From IMG/VR virus record IMGVR_UViG_2541047879_000002: a stretch of 38,404 bases of DNA; one strand, given 5' to 3'. The notes under the pieces were generated by a model that saw only the letters and a list, made by a program, of their open reading frames with translations, was not told the origin of the DNA and made no database searches. A program made the translations under genes and the position numbers. Positions 1 through 14,777 of the stretch are shown piece after piece (positions within the stretch are counted from its first letter, which is position 1; every line of letters begins with the position of its first letter). The stretch comes from a virus (Duplodnaviria > Heunggongvirae > Uroviricota > Caudoviricetes).

Positions 1-465
1 CGGCGTGGACAGTACAAAAGAGGCACTGACCGCGCTCAGTTCGCTGCACTGCTCGATGCGCCAGCGGCTGATCACCTCCTGCTCCGGATCGGCATCGCTG
101 TTTCCGTTGACGAAGTTCACCGCATCCAGAAAACGGGCGTAAACCTTACGCCGGACCACCGTTCCGCCGACCAGACTCTGCAGATCTTCCGCCATCCCGG
201 TGACCATACCGTACAGGTTAGAAACCGTCAGCGTGGGGCGCGTACTGGTGCCTTTGCCATTCAGTTCAAAACCACTCCCCTGAATGGGATACGGCTGATA
301 CTGTCGCCCCTGCCAGGTGACCGGCTCACCTTTTTCGTTCTGCTCATTACAGAAAAAATAACGTTCTCCACCGACCTCTGTCAGATCGATTTCCCAGAGC
401 ACCACGCTGGCCGACTGCTCCGCACGAGTGCATTCATTCAGTGTTTCCTGCCGGATATCCTGCAT
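1..465 (-). CDS. L: Tail protein L, N-terminal part only (C-terminus lies outside window)
   Basis: Own translation of minus strand: start MQDIRQ at 465..463, and the window start encodes ...DADPEQEVISRWRIEQCSELSAVSASFVLSTP; ATG overlaps the M stop codon by 1 nt. Not in ORF track because truncated. Confidence 0.85.
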   Translation of the reverse strand, partial: MQDIRQETLNECTRAEQSASVVLWEIDLTEVGGERYFFCNEQNEKGEPVTWQGRQYQPYPIQGSGFELNGKGTSTRPTLTVSNLYGMVTGMAEDLQSLVGGTVVRRKVYARFLDAVNFVNGNSDADPEQEVISRWRIEQCSELSAVSASFVLSTP

Positions 466-794
466 CAGTTCACCACCTGTTCAAACTCTGCGCTGAACTC
501 AACACGCAGCATACTGACCCGCGACGACCATTTTGCGCAGGTCACCTTTATCTGCCGCCACTCATAAGGCGGCGTCCACAGAAAGGATTTCCAGCCCCCG
601 TGCTCAGCCAGAAACGACTCAAGCGCCGTGGCCTCCCAACGGGGAACAGAAAGCGTCACGCTGTACGTTTTCAGGTCGGCATTCAGCCCGGCAGGCGCTC
701 GCTGGGAATAGCCATCACCAAAGCGCACCTTTCTTACGGAAGGGGCCGAAGCCACATCCATACCGGGTTTCACTTTCCAGCGGAAGGTTTTCAT
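465..794 (-). CDS. M: Tail assembly protein M
   Basis: 109-aa ORF in lambda order between L and H; size matches lambda gpM. Confidence 0.85.
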   Translation of the reverse strand: MKTFRWKVKPGMDVASAPSVRKVRFGDGYSQRAPAGLNADLKTYSVTLSVPRWEATALESFLAEHGGWKSFLWTPPYEWRQIKVTCAKWSSRVSMLRVEFSAEFEQVVN

Positions 795-3340
795 CGTCCA
801 CCTCCGGAGAACAGACCACCATCGCGCATCTGCCCGGTCACAACATCCATTGCCGCCTTACGGGCTACGTCATAAACCGCCTTCAGTGCCTGTGGCCCTA
901 TCTGACCGTTCGTGCCGTCGTTGTTAATCACCACATGGTTATTCTGCTCAAGCGTCCCGGACGCCTGCGACCGGCTGTCCGCCATGCTGCCCGGTGTACC
1001 GACATAACCGCCGGTGGCATAGCCGCGCATCAGCCGGTAAAGATTTCCTACGCCAATCCGGCTGGTTGCCTCCTTCGTGAAGACAAATTCACCACGGTGA
1101 ACAATCCCCGCTGGCTCATATTTGCCGCCGGTTCCCGTAAACCCTCCGGCCGCAAAATGGAATTTCGCCGCAGCTGCCTGAATGGCTGTACCGCCTGACG
1201 CTGATGCGCCGCCGCCAATGGCGCTGCCGATACTCCCGACAATCCCCACCATTGCCTGCTTAAGCAGAATTTCTGTCATCATGGACAGCACGGAACGGGT
1301 GAAGCTGCGCCAGTTCTGCTCACTGCCGGTCAGCATCGCCGCCATATTCTGTGCAATACCATCAAAGGTCTGCGTGGCTGCACTTTTTACCTGCGACATA
1401 CTGTCCGTGGCGCTCTCTTCCCACTCACTCCAGCCGGACTTCAGGCCTGCCATCCAGCTCCCGCGAAGCTGGTCTTCAGCCGCCCAGGTCTTTTTCTGCT
1501 CTGACATGACGTTATTCAGCGCCAGAGGATTATCGCCATACTGTTCCTTCAGGCGCTGTTCCGTGGCTTCCCGCGCTGCCTGCCGGTCAGTCAGCCCCCG
1601 GTTTTTTGCATCAATGGCGGCCCGTTTTGCCCGTTGCTGCTGTGCGAATTTATCCGCCTGCTGCGCCAGCGCGTTCAGGCGCTCCTGATACGTAACCTTG
1701 TCGCCAAGTGCAGCCAGCTGGCGTTTGTACTCCAGCGTCTCATCTTTATGCGCCAGCAGGGATTTCTCCTGTGCGGACAGCTGGCGACGTTGTGCCGTCT
1801 CCTCCAGTACCGCGAACTGACTTTCTGCCTTCCACAAATCCCGGCGCTGCTGGCTGATTTTCTCATTCGCTCCGGCATGCTTCTCCAGCGTCCGGAGTTC
1901 TGCCTGAAGCGTCAGCAGGGCAGCATGAGCACTGTCCTCCTGACGATCGCCCGCAGACACCTTCACGCCGGACTGTTTCGGCTTTTTCAGCGTCGCTTCA
2001 TAATCCTTTTTCGCCGCCGCCATCAGCGTGTTGTAATCCGCCTGCAGGATTTTCCCGTCTTTCAGTGCCTTGTTCAGTTCTTCCTGACGGGCGGTATATT
2101 TCTCTAGCGGCGTCTGCAGGCGTTCGTAAGCCTTCTGCGCCTCTTCGGTATATTTCAGCCGTGACGCTTCGGTATCGCTCTGCTGCTGCGCATTTTTGTC
2201 CTGTTGAGTCTGCTGTTCAGCCTTCTTTCTGGCGGCTTCAAGCGCAAGACGGGCCTTTTCACGATCATCCCAGTAACGCGCCCGCGCTTCATCGTTAACA
2301 AAATAATCATCCTTGCGCAGACTCCAGATGTCGTCCGCTTTCTTAAACGCAGCCTCTGCCTTAATCAGCATCTCCTGCGCGGTATCAGGACGACCAATAT
2401 CCAGCACCGCATCCCACATGGATTTGAATGCCCGCGCTGTCCTGTCTGCCCAGGTCTCCAGCGTACCCATGTTCTCTTTCAGGCGGCGGGTCTGGTCATC
2501 AAACCCTTTCGTCGCGGCCTCGTTCGCCGCCTGCAATGCCCCGGCTTCATCGCCGGAACGCTGCAACTGAGCAACATACGCAATCTGCTCCGCCGTCACG
2601 TTATGGAACTGGCGTGCCATCGCTGTCAGCCCTGACGTCGGGTCTGTGGTCAGCTTCCCGAAGGCTTCAGCGACCTTGTCCACCTCCACCCCGGATGCAG
2701 AGGAGAAACGCGCCACACTCTGGCTGATGGATGCAATCTGAGCCTCACCGCTTACCCCAGCCTTAACCAGTGCGCTGAGTGACTCGCTGGTCTGGTTAAA
2801 CGTCAGCCCTGCCGCCTGCCCGGCTCTGGACAGGACCAGCATACGATCTGCCGTCAGTCCCGCCTGATTGCCGGAAAGGACCAGCGTTTTGTTGAAATCG
2901 GACAGGGTTGAGTTGCCCTGATACCAGGCATACGCCAGCGCACCGGTCGCCACCGCCAGCGAGGTGGCCCCCACCATCGGCAGGGTGATCGCACCGGCAA
3001 GCCCCCTGAACATGGGGATCATCCCGCCGAAGGAGTCCTTCACCTGCCCCCCCTGTTGCAGCAGGATCAGCCACGGACTTTGCCCGCCTGCAAGCTGCGT
3101 GGCCACGTCGGTGAACTGTGCAGGCAGCATACGCATGGCGGCTTTATACTGCCCGACGGAAATCCCCGCTTTCTGTGCAGCCAGCGCCTGTCGGCTCAGC
3201 GACTGTTCAACGACTGCCGATGTTTTTTTCGCATCACTTTCCGTACCGGAAAAATGACGCCTGACTCTGGCCATCTGCTCGTCAAATCTGGCCGCATCCA
3301 GACTTAAATCAACGACCAGATCGCCTACCGGTTCAGCCAT
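791..3340 (-). CDS. H: Tail tape measure protein H
   Basis: 849-aa ORF, coiled-coil-rich centre, Gly-rich C-terminal region; position and length as lambda gpH. Confidence 0.95.
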   Translation of the reverse strand: MAEPVGDLVVDLSLDAARFDEQMARVRRHFSGTESDAKKTSAVVEQSLSRQALAAQKAGISVGQYKAAMRMLPAQFTDVATQLAGGQSPWLILLQQGGQVKDSFGGMIPMFRGLAGAITLPMVGATSLAVATGALAYAWYQGNSTLSDFNKTLVLSGNQAGLTADRMLVLSRAGQAAGLTFNQTSESLSALVKAGVSGEAQIASISQSVARFSSASGVEVDKVAEAFGKLTTDPTSGLTAMARQFHNVTAEQIAYVAQLQRSGDEAGALQAANEAATKGFDDQTRRLKENMGTLETWADRTARAFKSMWDAVLDIGRPDTAQEMLIKAEAAFKKADDIWSLRKDDYFVNDEARARYWDDREKARLALEAARKKAEQQTQQDKNAQQQSDTEASRLKYTEEAQKAYERLQTPLEKYTARQEELNKALKDGKILQADYNTLMAAAKKDYEATLKKPKQSGVKVSAGDRQEDSAHAALLTLQAELRTLEKHAGANEKISQQRRDLWKAESQFAVLEETAQRRQLSAQEKSLLAHKDETLEYKRQLAALGDKVTYQERLNALAQQADKFAQQQRAKRAAIDAKNRGLTDRQAAREATEQRLKEQYGDNPLALNNVMSEQKKTWAAEDQLRGSWMAGLKSGWSEWEESATDSMSQVKSAATQTFDGIAQNMAAMLTGSEQNWRSFTRSVLSMMTEILLKQAMVGIVGSIGSAIGGGASASGGTAIQAAAAKFHFAAGGFTGTGGKYEPAGIVHRGEFVFTKEATSRIGVGNLYRLMRGYATGGYVGTPGSMADSRSQASGTLEQNNHVVINNDGTNGQIGPQALKAVYDVARKAAMDVVTGQMRDGGLFSGGGR

Positions 3341-3767
3341 ACCGGACTCCTCCTGCGATCCCTTCTGATACTGTCATCAGCATTACGTCATCCTCCGTCA
3401 TGTCCGCCACATCCGGGGAAGCGGGGATAACTTCATTCCCGTCCGGGCCAAAGCGGACACCTCCGGCAAGCCCTGCCGCTTTCTGCATCAGCACATCATC
3501 TTCAGGCTCTTCGTCAGCCTCGCGCCGGTTCAGCAGACTGAAATCCAGCGGATGCATATCCGGATCGCTGAAAAACAGGCTGAGCACGGTGTACGTCAGC
3601 CCGGAAAAGTGCATATCCAGCAGAACATCATGAAAATAATGGGTACTGTAAAAGCGGTGCCAGTCGGCATACTCCGTGGATGACATCCCGGCAAGCATGG
3701 CACGCCAGTCGGGTCGCCCCATCTCACGCGCCAGTTTCAGGGCAAAACTCAGCTCACCGTCGAACAC
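3333..3767 (-). CDS. T: Tail assembly protein T, expected to be made as a G-T fusion by -1 frameshift
   Basis: 144-aa ORF overlapping the 3' end of G in the -1 frame, as in lambda. Confidence 0.8.
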   Translation of the reverse strand: MFDGELSFALKLAREMGRPDWRAMLAGMSSTEYADWHRFYSTHYFHDVLLDMHFSGLTYTVLSLFFSDPDMHPLDFSLLNRREADEEPEDDVLMQKAAGLAGGVRFGPDGNEVIPASPDVADMTEDDVMLMTVSEGIAGGVRYG

Positions 3768-4171
3768 TTTCCCGCAGAAACAGGCTCTGCGGGCCCGGCG
3801 TCCTCTGTCTGTTCAGGGGCATTATTCACCACAAACTCATACATACCAGACAGCCGGTACACCACGTTTTCAGCATGAGAAATTGCCTCCGTGGGCCAGG
3901 TGGTAAGCACTTCCTGCTCAATCTGTTTAACGGCTTCGTTCATGGACGGCATCTGCGTCTTCTGCGGATGGTTATGCCACAGGGACATCGCCACCAGAAA
4001 CGCGCCGGTTCTGATGGCGTCTTCCACAGTAAACTTCCGGTTGCTGTCTGACTCCGCCTGTTCTGCCTGCCGTTTCATCAGGGCGAGATGCTCAATGCGC
4101 TGCAGGGCTGACAGTTCAGAAAGCGTGACGGACACACCGTTATGTTCAAATGATTCGGTTTTCAGGAACAC
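3749..4171 (-). CDS. G: Tail assembly chaperone G
   Basis: 140-aa ORF between V and T in lambda order. Confidence 0.85.
   Translation of the reverse strand: MFLKTESFEHNGVSVTLSELSALQRIEHLALMKRQAEQAESDSNRKFTVEDAIRTGAFLVAMSLWHNHPQKTQMPSMNEAVKQIEQEVLTTWPTEAISHAENVVYRLSGMYEFVVNNAPEQTEDAGPAEPVSAGKCSTVS
3767..3773 (-). other. Candidate -1 programmed frameshift slippery heptamer (GGGAAAG on minus strand) at the G/T overlap
   Basis: Plus strand ctttccc at 3767..3773, revcomp GGGAAAG, exactly where the G and T frames overlap. Confidence 0.55.
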
Positions 4172-4186
4172 CTCTGACTCTCCGGA

Positions 4187-4927
4187 TTAACTGGCGGTGA
4201 CGGTAATTTCTGCAACCGCAGCAAACTCACCATTACCGGATACAACCGGAATGTTGACCTTGCCTGCAGCAACGCCGTTCACGGTGATGGTCATACCACT
4301 GACCGACACGGTGGCTTTTGTTTTATCCACAGACACCGCACGAAAGCTCTTGTCGGTTACGCCCTCCGGCTGGAAGGCCACGGTCAGCGTGGTGCTCTGC
4401 CCTTTCACTACGGAAGCACTGGCTGGCGTTACCGTCATGCCGGTGGCCGCTGTTACCGTGCTGCGATCTTCTGCCATCGACGGACGTCCCACATTGGTGA
4501 CTTTCACCGTGCGGGTGATCACTTCCTTCGCCGTCACCGCCTTACCGATACTGCTGACCCAGCCACAGAACACATCGACCGTGCCGTTCGGGAAGCGGAT
4601 TTTATAGACACGGGTATCGCCTTCATTAAACCACGCCAGCAGCGCCTGCTGCCCCTGCTCTCCGGGCATCCACGCCAGCGTGAAGCTGGTATCTCCGGCA
4701 GATTTCTGCCCCTGCCCGGTCGCAGTCCAGTCTGCATCTTCATCATCGAGATAGCTGTCGTCATAGGACTCAGCGGTCAGTTCGCCGGGCGTCAGGTCTT
4801 TAACTTTTGCCAGACGCGACCAGTCAACGTCTGAAAGCGGATTCGCATAAGGGTCACCGCTCCCCTTATAAACCCACAGGGTGGTCCCGGCACCTTTCAC
4901 CGGCATTGTAGGATTTGGTACAGGCAT
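4187..4927 (-). CDS. V: Major tail protein V
   Basis: ORF 4187..4957; likely start at internal [12 protein letters not shown] (246 aa), leaving no overlap with U; Ig-like C-terminal region. Confidence 0.9.
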   Translation of the reverse strand: MPVPNPTMPVKGAGTTLWVYKGSGDPYANPLSDVDWSRLAKVKDLTPGELTAESYDDSYLDDEDADWTATGQGQKSAGDTSFTLAWMPGEQGQQALLAWFNEGDTRVYKIRFPNGTVDVFCGWVSSIGKAVTAKEVITRTVKVTNVGRPSMAEDRSTVTAATGMTVTPASASVVKGQSTTLTVAFQPEGVTDKSFRAVSVDKTKATVSVSGMTITVNGVAAGKVNIPVVSGNGEFAAVAEITVTAS

Positions 4928-4934
4928 AGCGTCC

Positions 4935-5330
4935 TCACATTTCATAGGTAATGACATAAGTCAGATCGGCTGAACTCCACAGGCCCGCATCATCGTCGCG
5001 CCGGTAGTCATAGCCGCTGGCCACCATACTGGTGATCAAATCTGACAGTGCCGGGATATCGCTCATCACCGGATAAATCCGGGACTCCATCCACGCATCC
5101 AGCTCTGAATCCGGCACCTGAGCAGGCAGGAAAACTTCGATATGCAGCTCCGCCTGCCAGGTATCGCTGTCCAGCTCTTCGCCCGTGTATTCAGCGCCGG
5201 TGAGATAAACGGCAACTGCCGGAAAATCCGCCTCATCAAAAACAGCGGGGCGACCATCAAAAAACGTCGCCCCGGTGTCATGCTTCTCCAGTGCATCCAG
5301 TACGGCTGCACGGAGTTCAGTATGTTTCAT
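4935..5330 (-). CDS. U: Tail terminator protein U
   Basis: 131-aa ORF in lambda order. Confidence 0.9.
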   Translation of the reverse strand: MKHTELRAAVLDALEKHDTGATFFDGRPAVFDEADFPAVAVYLTGAEYTGEELDSDTWQAELHIEVFLPAQVPDSELDAWMESRIYPVMSDIPALSDLITSMVASGYDYRRDDDAGLWSSADLTYVITYEM

Positions 5331-5905
5331 CGCTTTATTACCATCCTCAGTTGACGCTGCAGCGCATAGCCCAGCTCTTTCGGAAGACGTTCACGCCGTA
5401 TCCGCTCAATATTTTGTTTAAACGCCGTGGTCAGCGGCACCGCCATCGGGATTTTCACCACATCAATGGGGTAACGGTTTTTCCCGGCCACACGCTGCAT
5501 GACATGCCACCGGCCATTTTTCAGTTGCTGAATAAACGCGCCGGGAATACGACGGTTACCCACCACAAGCACGCTGCCGCCACCTTTCAGGGATGAACGC
5601 TGCCCCTTTTTACGACGCCTGCGGCGCGAAAGGACAACCCGCGCATTACCCAGCTTGATTACGGGCAAATCCCCCCGGTTAACTTTGATTCTGGCCTGCG
5701 GATTTTTGACCGTGGCCCTTTTCAGCCAGGCCCTTTCCTTTACCAGTTTCCGGCGTACCTTTGTCTCACGGGCAACCTGTGACGCCGACTGCGATATCGC
5801 GGATGACGCAACGCGGTTAATGGCCATTGCGGCGGCACCAGGCACCGCCGTTTTGCTGATACGGCTGAGGTTTTCAATGGCCTGCTCAAGACCTTTTATG
5901 GCCAT
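5327..5905 (-). CDS. Z: Tail completion protein Z
   Basis: 192-aa ORF in lambda order. Confidence 0.9.
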   Translation of the reverse strand: MAIKGLEQAIENLSRISKTAVPGAAAMAINRVASSAISQSASQVARETKVRRKLVKERAWLKRATVKNPQARIKVNRGDLPVIKLGNARVVLSRRRRRKKGQRSSLKGGGSVLVVGNRRIPGAFIQQLKNGRWHVMQRVAGKNRYPIDVVKIPMAVPLTTAFKQNIERIRRERLPKELGYALQRQLRMVIKR

Positions 5906-5916
5906 ACATCCCCCTT

Positions 5917-6270
5917 TCAGCGGCGACGGTTAACGGCAGGCGGTACGCCCCGCCCAAGCCAGAGATGACAGCTTCCACCATCATCCGGCGAAACCCGGTC
6001 TATCCAGAAGTTTTCCTCACCGATGGTCAGCGTGTCTCCACGCCGCAGCTGCCGCACATCATCAGTCCGGACAAACAGGGACGGGCTGGAGCCTTCAACG
6101 CGCACGCCCTGTCCGGCATAGCTGATATTTTCAGGGTCATCAAAAACACCACGTATTACTGCGCCGGACTGCTCACCGGATGTCATGGTGGCTGACGTTC
6201 CCATGTACCCGCGTATCGTTTCATCGGCGCGGACAATGGCAGCATCGAACAGGTTATCGAAATCAGCCAC
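5917..6270 (-). CDS. FII: Head-tail joining protein FII
   Basis: 117-aa ORF in lambda order. Confidence 0.85.
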   Translation of the reverse strand: MADFDNLFDAAIVRADETIRGYMGTSATMTSGEQSGAVIRGVFDDPENISYAGQGVRVEGSSPSLFVRTDDVRQLRRGDTLTIGEENFWIDRVSPDDGGSCHLWLGRGVPPAVNRRR

Positions 6271-6281
6271 AGCGCCTCCCG

Positions 6282-6677
6282 TTATTGCATTCTGGCCAGG
6301 CCGCGCTCTGTCATTTCGGCTGCCACACCGGCAGAGACACGAAACGCCGTTCCCGGCAGCACAAATGCCACAGGTTCATCCCGCGTGGCGTGAAGTGCAT
6401 CGGTATGCAGCGTCACCAGTGCCACAACCGTGACCAGAGCAGCCGTATCAGTCACGGTATCCGTCTGTGCTGATACCACCTCATTTTCATGTCCGGTCAG
6501 CGCATTTTCCGGGCTGACAGACGAGTCCTGACCGGCTCCGTCATCCGTGTCATCAAGCTCCTCTTCCAGCTCTGCCACACGGAGCGCCAGTTCTTCTTTC
6601 GTCCCCGTCAGGCTGACATCACGGTTCAGTTGCTCACCCAGCGACCGGAGACGGGCAATCAGTTCATCTTTCGTCAT
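6282..6677 (-). CDS. FI: DNA packaging protein FI
   Basis: ORF 6282..6716; likely start at internal MTKDELIARL, preceded by a GGAGG ribosome-binding site. Confidence 0.8.
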   Translation of the reverse strand: MTKDELIARLRSLGEQLNRDVSLTGTKEELALRVAELEEELDDTDDGAGQDSSVSPENALTGHENEVVSAQTDTVTDTAALVTVVALVTLHTDALHATRDEPVAFVLPGTAFRVSAGVAAEMTERGLARMQ

Positions 6678-6718
6678 GGACTCCTCCACAGAGAGAAAAT
6701 GGCCCCGAAGGGCCATGA

Positions 6719-7744
6719 TTACGCCAGTTGAACGGACACGAACTCATCAGGATCAGCCAGCAGCATCAGCGGTGCTGACTGAATCATGGTGAACTCTCGC
6801 GCCGGATCGCCGGATGTCTTCCAGTTTTTCGGATAACGGGGAGACGCATTAATACCCTCACTCAATGCATCCGCATCCTGAATACAGCCATAGGTGCGCA
6901 GACCGCGTGCATGAGTGTTACCCAGCACCATCGTGTTGTCCGGCAGGAAGTTCTTTTTGACGCCGTTTTCCACGTACTGTCCGGAATACACGACGATGGC
7001 CACATCGCCATACATTCCCTTATAAGACACCGCTTTGCCCAGGTCTCTTACCGCTGTCTCCAGTTCGGAATGAGAGCCGCGACGGGTATCCAGCTTCTCC
7101 CTGACGGCTTTGAAGGAACGGAACAGCGCCCAGCCTTTCGGGTCAAACACGATGATATTCACCACGCCGCTGGCGTTCAGCGCGTAGGCTTCGATATCGT
7201 CGGTCGGGTCATACGTGGACTTGTCACGCTTGCTCCACTCCGTGCCGCCGGACTGCGTGATGTTGTTCGCCGCACTGCGGCCCATATCCACCTCAACCGG
7301 ATCGAAGGCTTCACCGGTCATGGTGTATTTGCCCTTGAGCACGGCAGAAACTGCCTGCATCTCTTCGACCTGAGCAATGGCCAGCTCTTCGTCACGCATG
7401 TTCTGCATGATGATGCGACGGCGGCGGTAAGCCGGGTCCGCCAGATTCTGCGGATCTTCATCCGGCAGGCGACGCAGGGTCATCTGCGGATTCACTTCAT
7501 GCTTGGGTTTGACATATCCCGGCGTAAATTCAGAGGTGGAGCCGCCACGGGAACGGATAACCTCACCGGAAACAATCGGCGAAACGTACAGCGCCATGTT
7601 TACCAGTCCCGGAATTTGTGAGAGATAGACTTTCTCCGTAGTGAAGGGATAGCTCTCACGGAAAAAGAGACGCAGAAACAACGGATCAAACTTAAATTTC
7701 TGCTCATTTGCCGCCAGCAGCTGGGCGGTTGTGTACATCGACAT
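6719..7744 (-). CDS. E: Major capsid protein E
   Basis: ORF 6719..7771; likely start MSMYTTAQLL (341 aa). Confidence 0.95.
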   Translation of the reverse strand: MSMYTTAQLLAANEQKFKFDPLFLRLFFRESYPFTTEKVYLSQIPGLVNMALYVSPIVSGEVIRSRGGSTSEFTPGYVKPKHEVNPQMTLRRLPDEDPQNLADPAYRRRRIIMQNMRDEELAIAQVEEMQAVSAVLKGKYTMTGEAFDPVEVDMGRSAANNITQSGGTEWSKRDKSTYDPTDDIEAYALNASGVVNIIVFDPKGWALFRSFKAVREKLDTRRGSHSELETAVRDLGKAVSYKGMYGDVAIVVYSGQYVENGVKKNFLPDNTMVLGNTHARGLRTYGCIQDADALSEGINASPRYPKNWKTSGDPAREFTMIQSAPLMLLADPDEFVSVQLA

Positions 7745-7799
7745 AAAAAAATCCCGTAAAAAAAGCCGCACAGGCGGCCTTTAGTGATGAAGGGTAAAG

Positions 7800-8132
7800 T
7801 TAAACGATGCTGATTGCCGTTCCGGCAAACGCGGTCCGTTTTTTCGTCTCGTCGCTGGCAGCCTCCGGCCAGAGCACATCCTCATAACGGAACGTGCCGG
7901 ACTTGTAGAACGTCAGTGTGGTGCTGGTCTGGTCAGCAGCAACTGCAAGAATGCCAACGGCAGCACCGTCGGTGGTGCCATCCCACGCAACCAGCTTACG
8001 GGTGGAGGTGTCCAGCATCAGCGGGGTCATTGCAGGCGCTTTCGCACTCAATCCGCCGGGCGCGGTTGCGGTATGAGCCGGGTCACTGTTGCCCAGCGGC
8101 TGGTAATGGGTAAAGGTTTCTTTGCTCGTCAT
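7800..8132 (-). CDS. D: Capsid decoration protein D
   Basis: ORF 7800..8138; start [12 protein letters not shown] (110 aa). Confidence 0.9.
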   Translation of the reverse strand: MTSKETFTHYQPLGNSDPAHTATAPGGLSAKAPAMTPLMLDTSTRKLVAWDGTTDGAAVGILAVAADQTSTTLTFYKSGTFRYEDVLWPEAASDETKKRTAFAGTAISIV

Positions 8133-8141
8133 AAACATCCC

Positions 8142-9441
8142 TTACACTGGTGTGTTCAGCAAATCGTTAACGGCATCAGATGCCGGGTTACCTGCAGCCA
8201 GCGGTGCCGGTGCCCCCTGCATCAGACGATCCAGCGCAGTGTCACTGCGCGCCTGTGCACTCTGTGGTGCTGCGGCCAGAATACGGCGGGCCGTTTCCAC
8301 GGTCATACCGGGGGTTTCGGCCAGCACGCATGCCTGTTCTTCGCGTCCGTGAGCCTCCTCACAGTTGAGGATCCCCATAATGCGACTGTTTTCTGCCGCA
8401 ACCGCTGCGGTGATCTGCGCGTTCACGTCCGGCTGCGCAGCGCTGGCGTTCTCGCCCTCCGTCGCTTGCACCACGCCAGTAACGTCAGCCTGCGAAGCAG
8501 TGGCTGAAACAGTTGTTGATTGAGTCTCTTTGGTCATTCGCCCTCCTGAGAGACGGGATTTACGTGCATCCAGTGCATCACGCATGACGGTGATCGCATC
8601 GGTACTGTTCACAAGTTCATCAGCCAGTCCGGCATCAATGGCCTCCTGACCGCTGTACACTGCAGCCTCGGTATCCAGCACAGCCTGCACGGACAGGCCG
8701 GTATATGCCGACACCTTCTGTGCAAACATCCGGCGGGTTGCATCCATCCGGGACTGCAGTGTTTCCCGGACATCATCCGGTAGATGGCTGTAGGGGTTGC
8801 CATCCACCTTATGGCTGCCGCTGTAAATCAGCGTGATTTCCACGCCCTGTTTCTCCAGCGCAGCACCGTAATTACTGTGAGCCATCATGACGCCGATGGA
8901 GCCTGTCCGGGCGGTCTGCGTGACCAGACGCCGGGAGGCGGCGCTGGCAAGCAGCTGACCTGCACTGCAGTTCATGTCGTTGGCCAGCGCCCATACCGGT
9001 TTTATGTCTCGCACACGGGCGATGATGTCAGCACAGTCAAATGCTCCCGCCACCATCCCGCCCGGTGTGTCCATATCCAGCAGAATGCCGTCCACCATCG
9101 GATCGCTGGCAGCCTGTTGCAGACGGGCGATAATGCCGTTGTAACCGGTCATTCCCGAATACGGCTGCAGCGCCCGCGTCCGGCTGACCAGCGTACCGGA
9201 CACCGGCAGCACGGCGATGCCGTTCATGACCTGATAACTGCGGGCCTGTCGTGGTCCGTCATCATCACCGGATAACGCCAGCGCCGCGGGTGCCTCTCCG
9301 GCAGTCAGGCTGTCGCCGGATACTGCATCCGTCAGGCGGCTGATCCCAAGCTGGCCTGCAAGCGCACAAAAGAAAACCCGCGCATAGGCGGGTTCAAGCA
9401 TCAGCGGCTCATTAAAAGCCATGCTGGCAATATGCGGGAGA

Positions 9442-9461
<20 letters not shown>
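8142..9461 (-). CDS. C: Capsid maturation protease C, with the scaffold Nu3 reading frame nested in-frame in its 3' part
   Basis: ORF 8142..9596 has an implausible N-terminal extension; a GTG at 9461 preceded by GAGGAGGAG gives a 439-aa product beginning (M)TAALRNLPHIASMAFNEP. Confidence 0.8.
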
Positions 9462-13142
<3,681 letters not shown>

Positions 13143-13168
<26 letters not shown>

Positions 13169-13688
13169 TCAGCAACCCCGGTATCAGTTCATCCAGCGCG
13201 GCTGCTTTGTTCATGGCTTTGATGATATCCCGTTTCAGGAAATCAACATGTCGGTTTTCCAGTTCCGGAAAACGCCGCTGCACCGACAGGGGGATCCCGT
13301 CGAGAATACTGGCAATTTCACCTGCGATCCGCGACAACACGAAAGTACAGAATGCGGTTTCCACCACTTCAGCGGAGTCTCTGGCATTCTTCAGTTCCTG
13401 TGCGTCGGCCTGCGCACGCGTAAGTCGATGGCGTTCGTACTCAATAGTCCCTGGCTGGAGATCTGCCTCGCTGGCCTGCCGCAGTTCTTCAACCTCCCGG
13501 CGCAGCTTTTCGTTCTCAATTTCAGCATCCCTTTCGGCATACCATTTTATGACGGCGGCAGAGTCATAAAGCACCTCATTACCCTTGCCACCGCCTCGCA
13601 GAACGGGCATTCCCTGTTCCTGCCAGTTCTGAATGGTACGGATACTCGCACCGAAAATGTCAGCCAGCTGCTTTTTGTTGACTTCCAT
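13143..13688 (-). CDS. Nu1: Terminase small subunit Nu1
   Basis: 181-aa ORF starting MEVNKKQLADIFGASIRTIQNWQEQGMP (winged-HTH N-terminus), adjacent to cos. Confidence 0.95.
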
Positions 13689-13865
13689 TGTTCATTCCAC
13701 GGACAAAAACAGAGAAAGGAAACGACAGAGGCCAAAAAGCTCGCTTTCAGCACCTGTCGCTTCCTTTCTTTTCAGAGGGTATTTTAAATAAAAACATTAA
13801 GTTATGACGAAGAAGAACGGAAACGCCTTAAACCGGAAAATTTTCATAAATAGCGAAAACCCGCG

Positions 13866-13877
13866 AGGTCGCCGCCC
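13866..13877 (-). other. cos: cosN cohesive-end site (12-nt overhang sequence); cosB lies between it and Nu1
   Basis: aggtcgccgccc at 13866..13877 is the reverse complement of the lambda cohesive end GGGCGGCGACCT, flanked by cgtaacctgtcggatc. Confidence 0.85.
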
Positions 13878-14076
13878 CGTAACCTGTCGGATCGCCGGAA
13901 AGGACCCGCAAAATGATAATAATTATCATCTGCATGTCACAACGTGCATCTACGCCATCAAACCACGTCAAATAATCAATTATGACGCAGGTATCATATT
14001 AATTGATCTGCATCAACTTAACGTAAAAACAACTTCAGACAATACAAATCAGCGACACTAAATACGGGACAACCTC

Positions 14077-14310
14077 ATGTCAACGAAGAACAGAACCCGC
14101 AGAACAACAATCCGCAACATCCGCTTTCCTAACCAAATGATTGAACAAATTAACATCGCTCTTGATCAAAAAGGGTCCGGGAATTTCTCAGCCTGGGTCA
14201 TTGAAGCCTGCCGCCGGAGACTGTGCTCAGAAAAAAGAGTTTCGCCTGAAGCAAACAAAGAAAAGAGTGACATTACTGAATTGCTCAGAAAACAGGTTAG
14301 ACCAGATTGA
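14077..14310 (+). CDS. Small DNA-binding-like protein of the YlcI/YnfO prophage family
   Basis: 77-aa basic AT-rich ORF next to cos, opposite orientation to late genes; family assignment from recalled DLP12/Qin gene content. Confidence 0.5.
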   Translation: MSTKNRTRRTTIRNIRFPNQMIEQINIALDQKGSGNFSAWVIEACRRRLCSEKRVSPEANKEKSDITELLRKQVRPD

Positions 14311-14351
14311 AGCAATTTAGATAATCGTGCAGACTACGCCCCTCATATCAC

Positions 14352-14777
14352 ATGGAAGGTACTACAATGGCTCAGGTTGCCATTTTTAAACAAATATTCG
14401 ATAAAGTGCGAAATAATTTAAACTATCACTGGTTTTATTCTGAACTAAAACGTCACAATGTCTCACATTACATTTACTATTTAGCCACAGAGAATATTCA
14501 TCTTGTTCTTGAAAACGATAATACGGTTTTAATAAAAGGACAGGGTAAGGTTGTAAATGTAAGATTTTCAAAAAATAAATGCCTTATAGAAGCCACCTTA
14601 AAAGGATTCAAATCAGGAGAGTTATCATTTTACGAATACAGAAAAAATCTTGCTACAGCAGGGGTTTTCAGATGGATTACAAATATCCACGAAAACAAAA
14701 GGTATTACTATACCTTTGATAATTCATTACTCTTTACTGAGAACATTCAGAACACTACACAAATATTTCCGCACTAA
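14352..14777 (+). CDS. YbcV-like DUF1398 family protein
   Basis: 141-aa ORF (alternative start MAQVAIFK) resembling the DLP12 cos-proximal protein YbcV; AT-rich. Confidence 0.65.
   Translation: MEGTTMAQVAIFKQIFDKVRNNLNYHWFYSELKRHNVSHYIYYLATENIHLVLENDNTVLIKGQGKVVNVRFSKNKCLIEATLKGFKSGELSFYEYRKNLATAGVFRWITNIHENKRYYYTFDNSLLFTENIQNTTQIFPH

Noticed and set aside
441-3307. Plus-strand ORFs overlapping M and H (441..875, 533..1198, 1182..1688, 1634..2107, 2204..2635, 2964..3257 and others)
   Set aside because: They lie antisense to long, well-supported tail genes; typical shadow ORFs.
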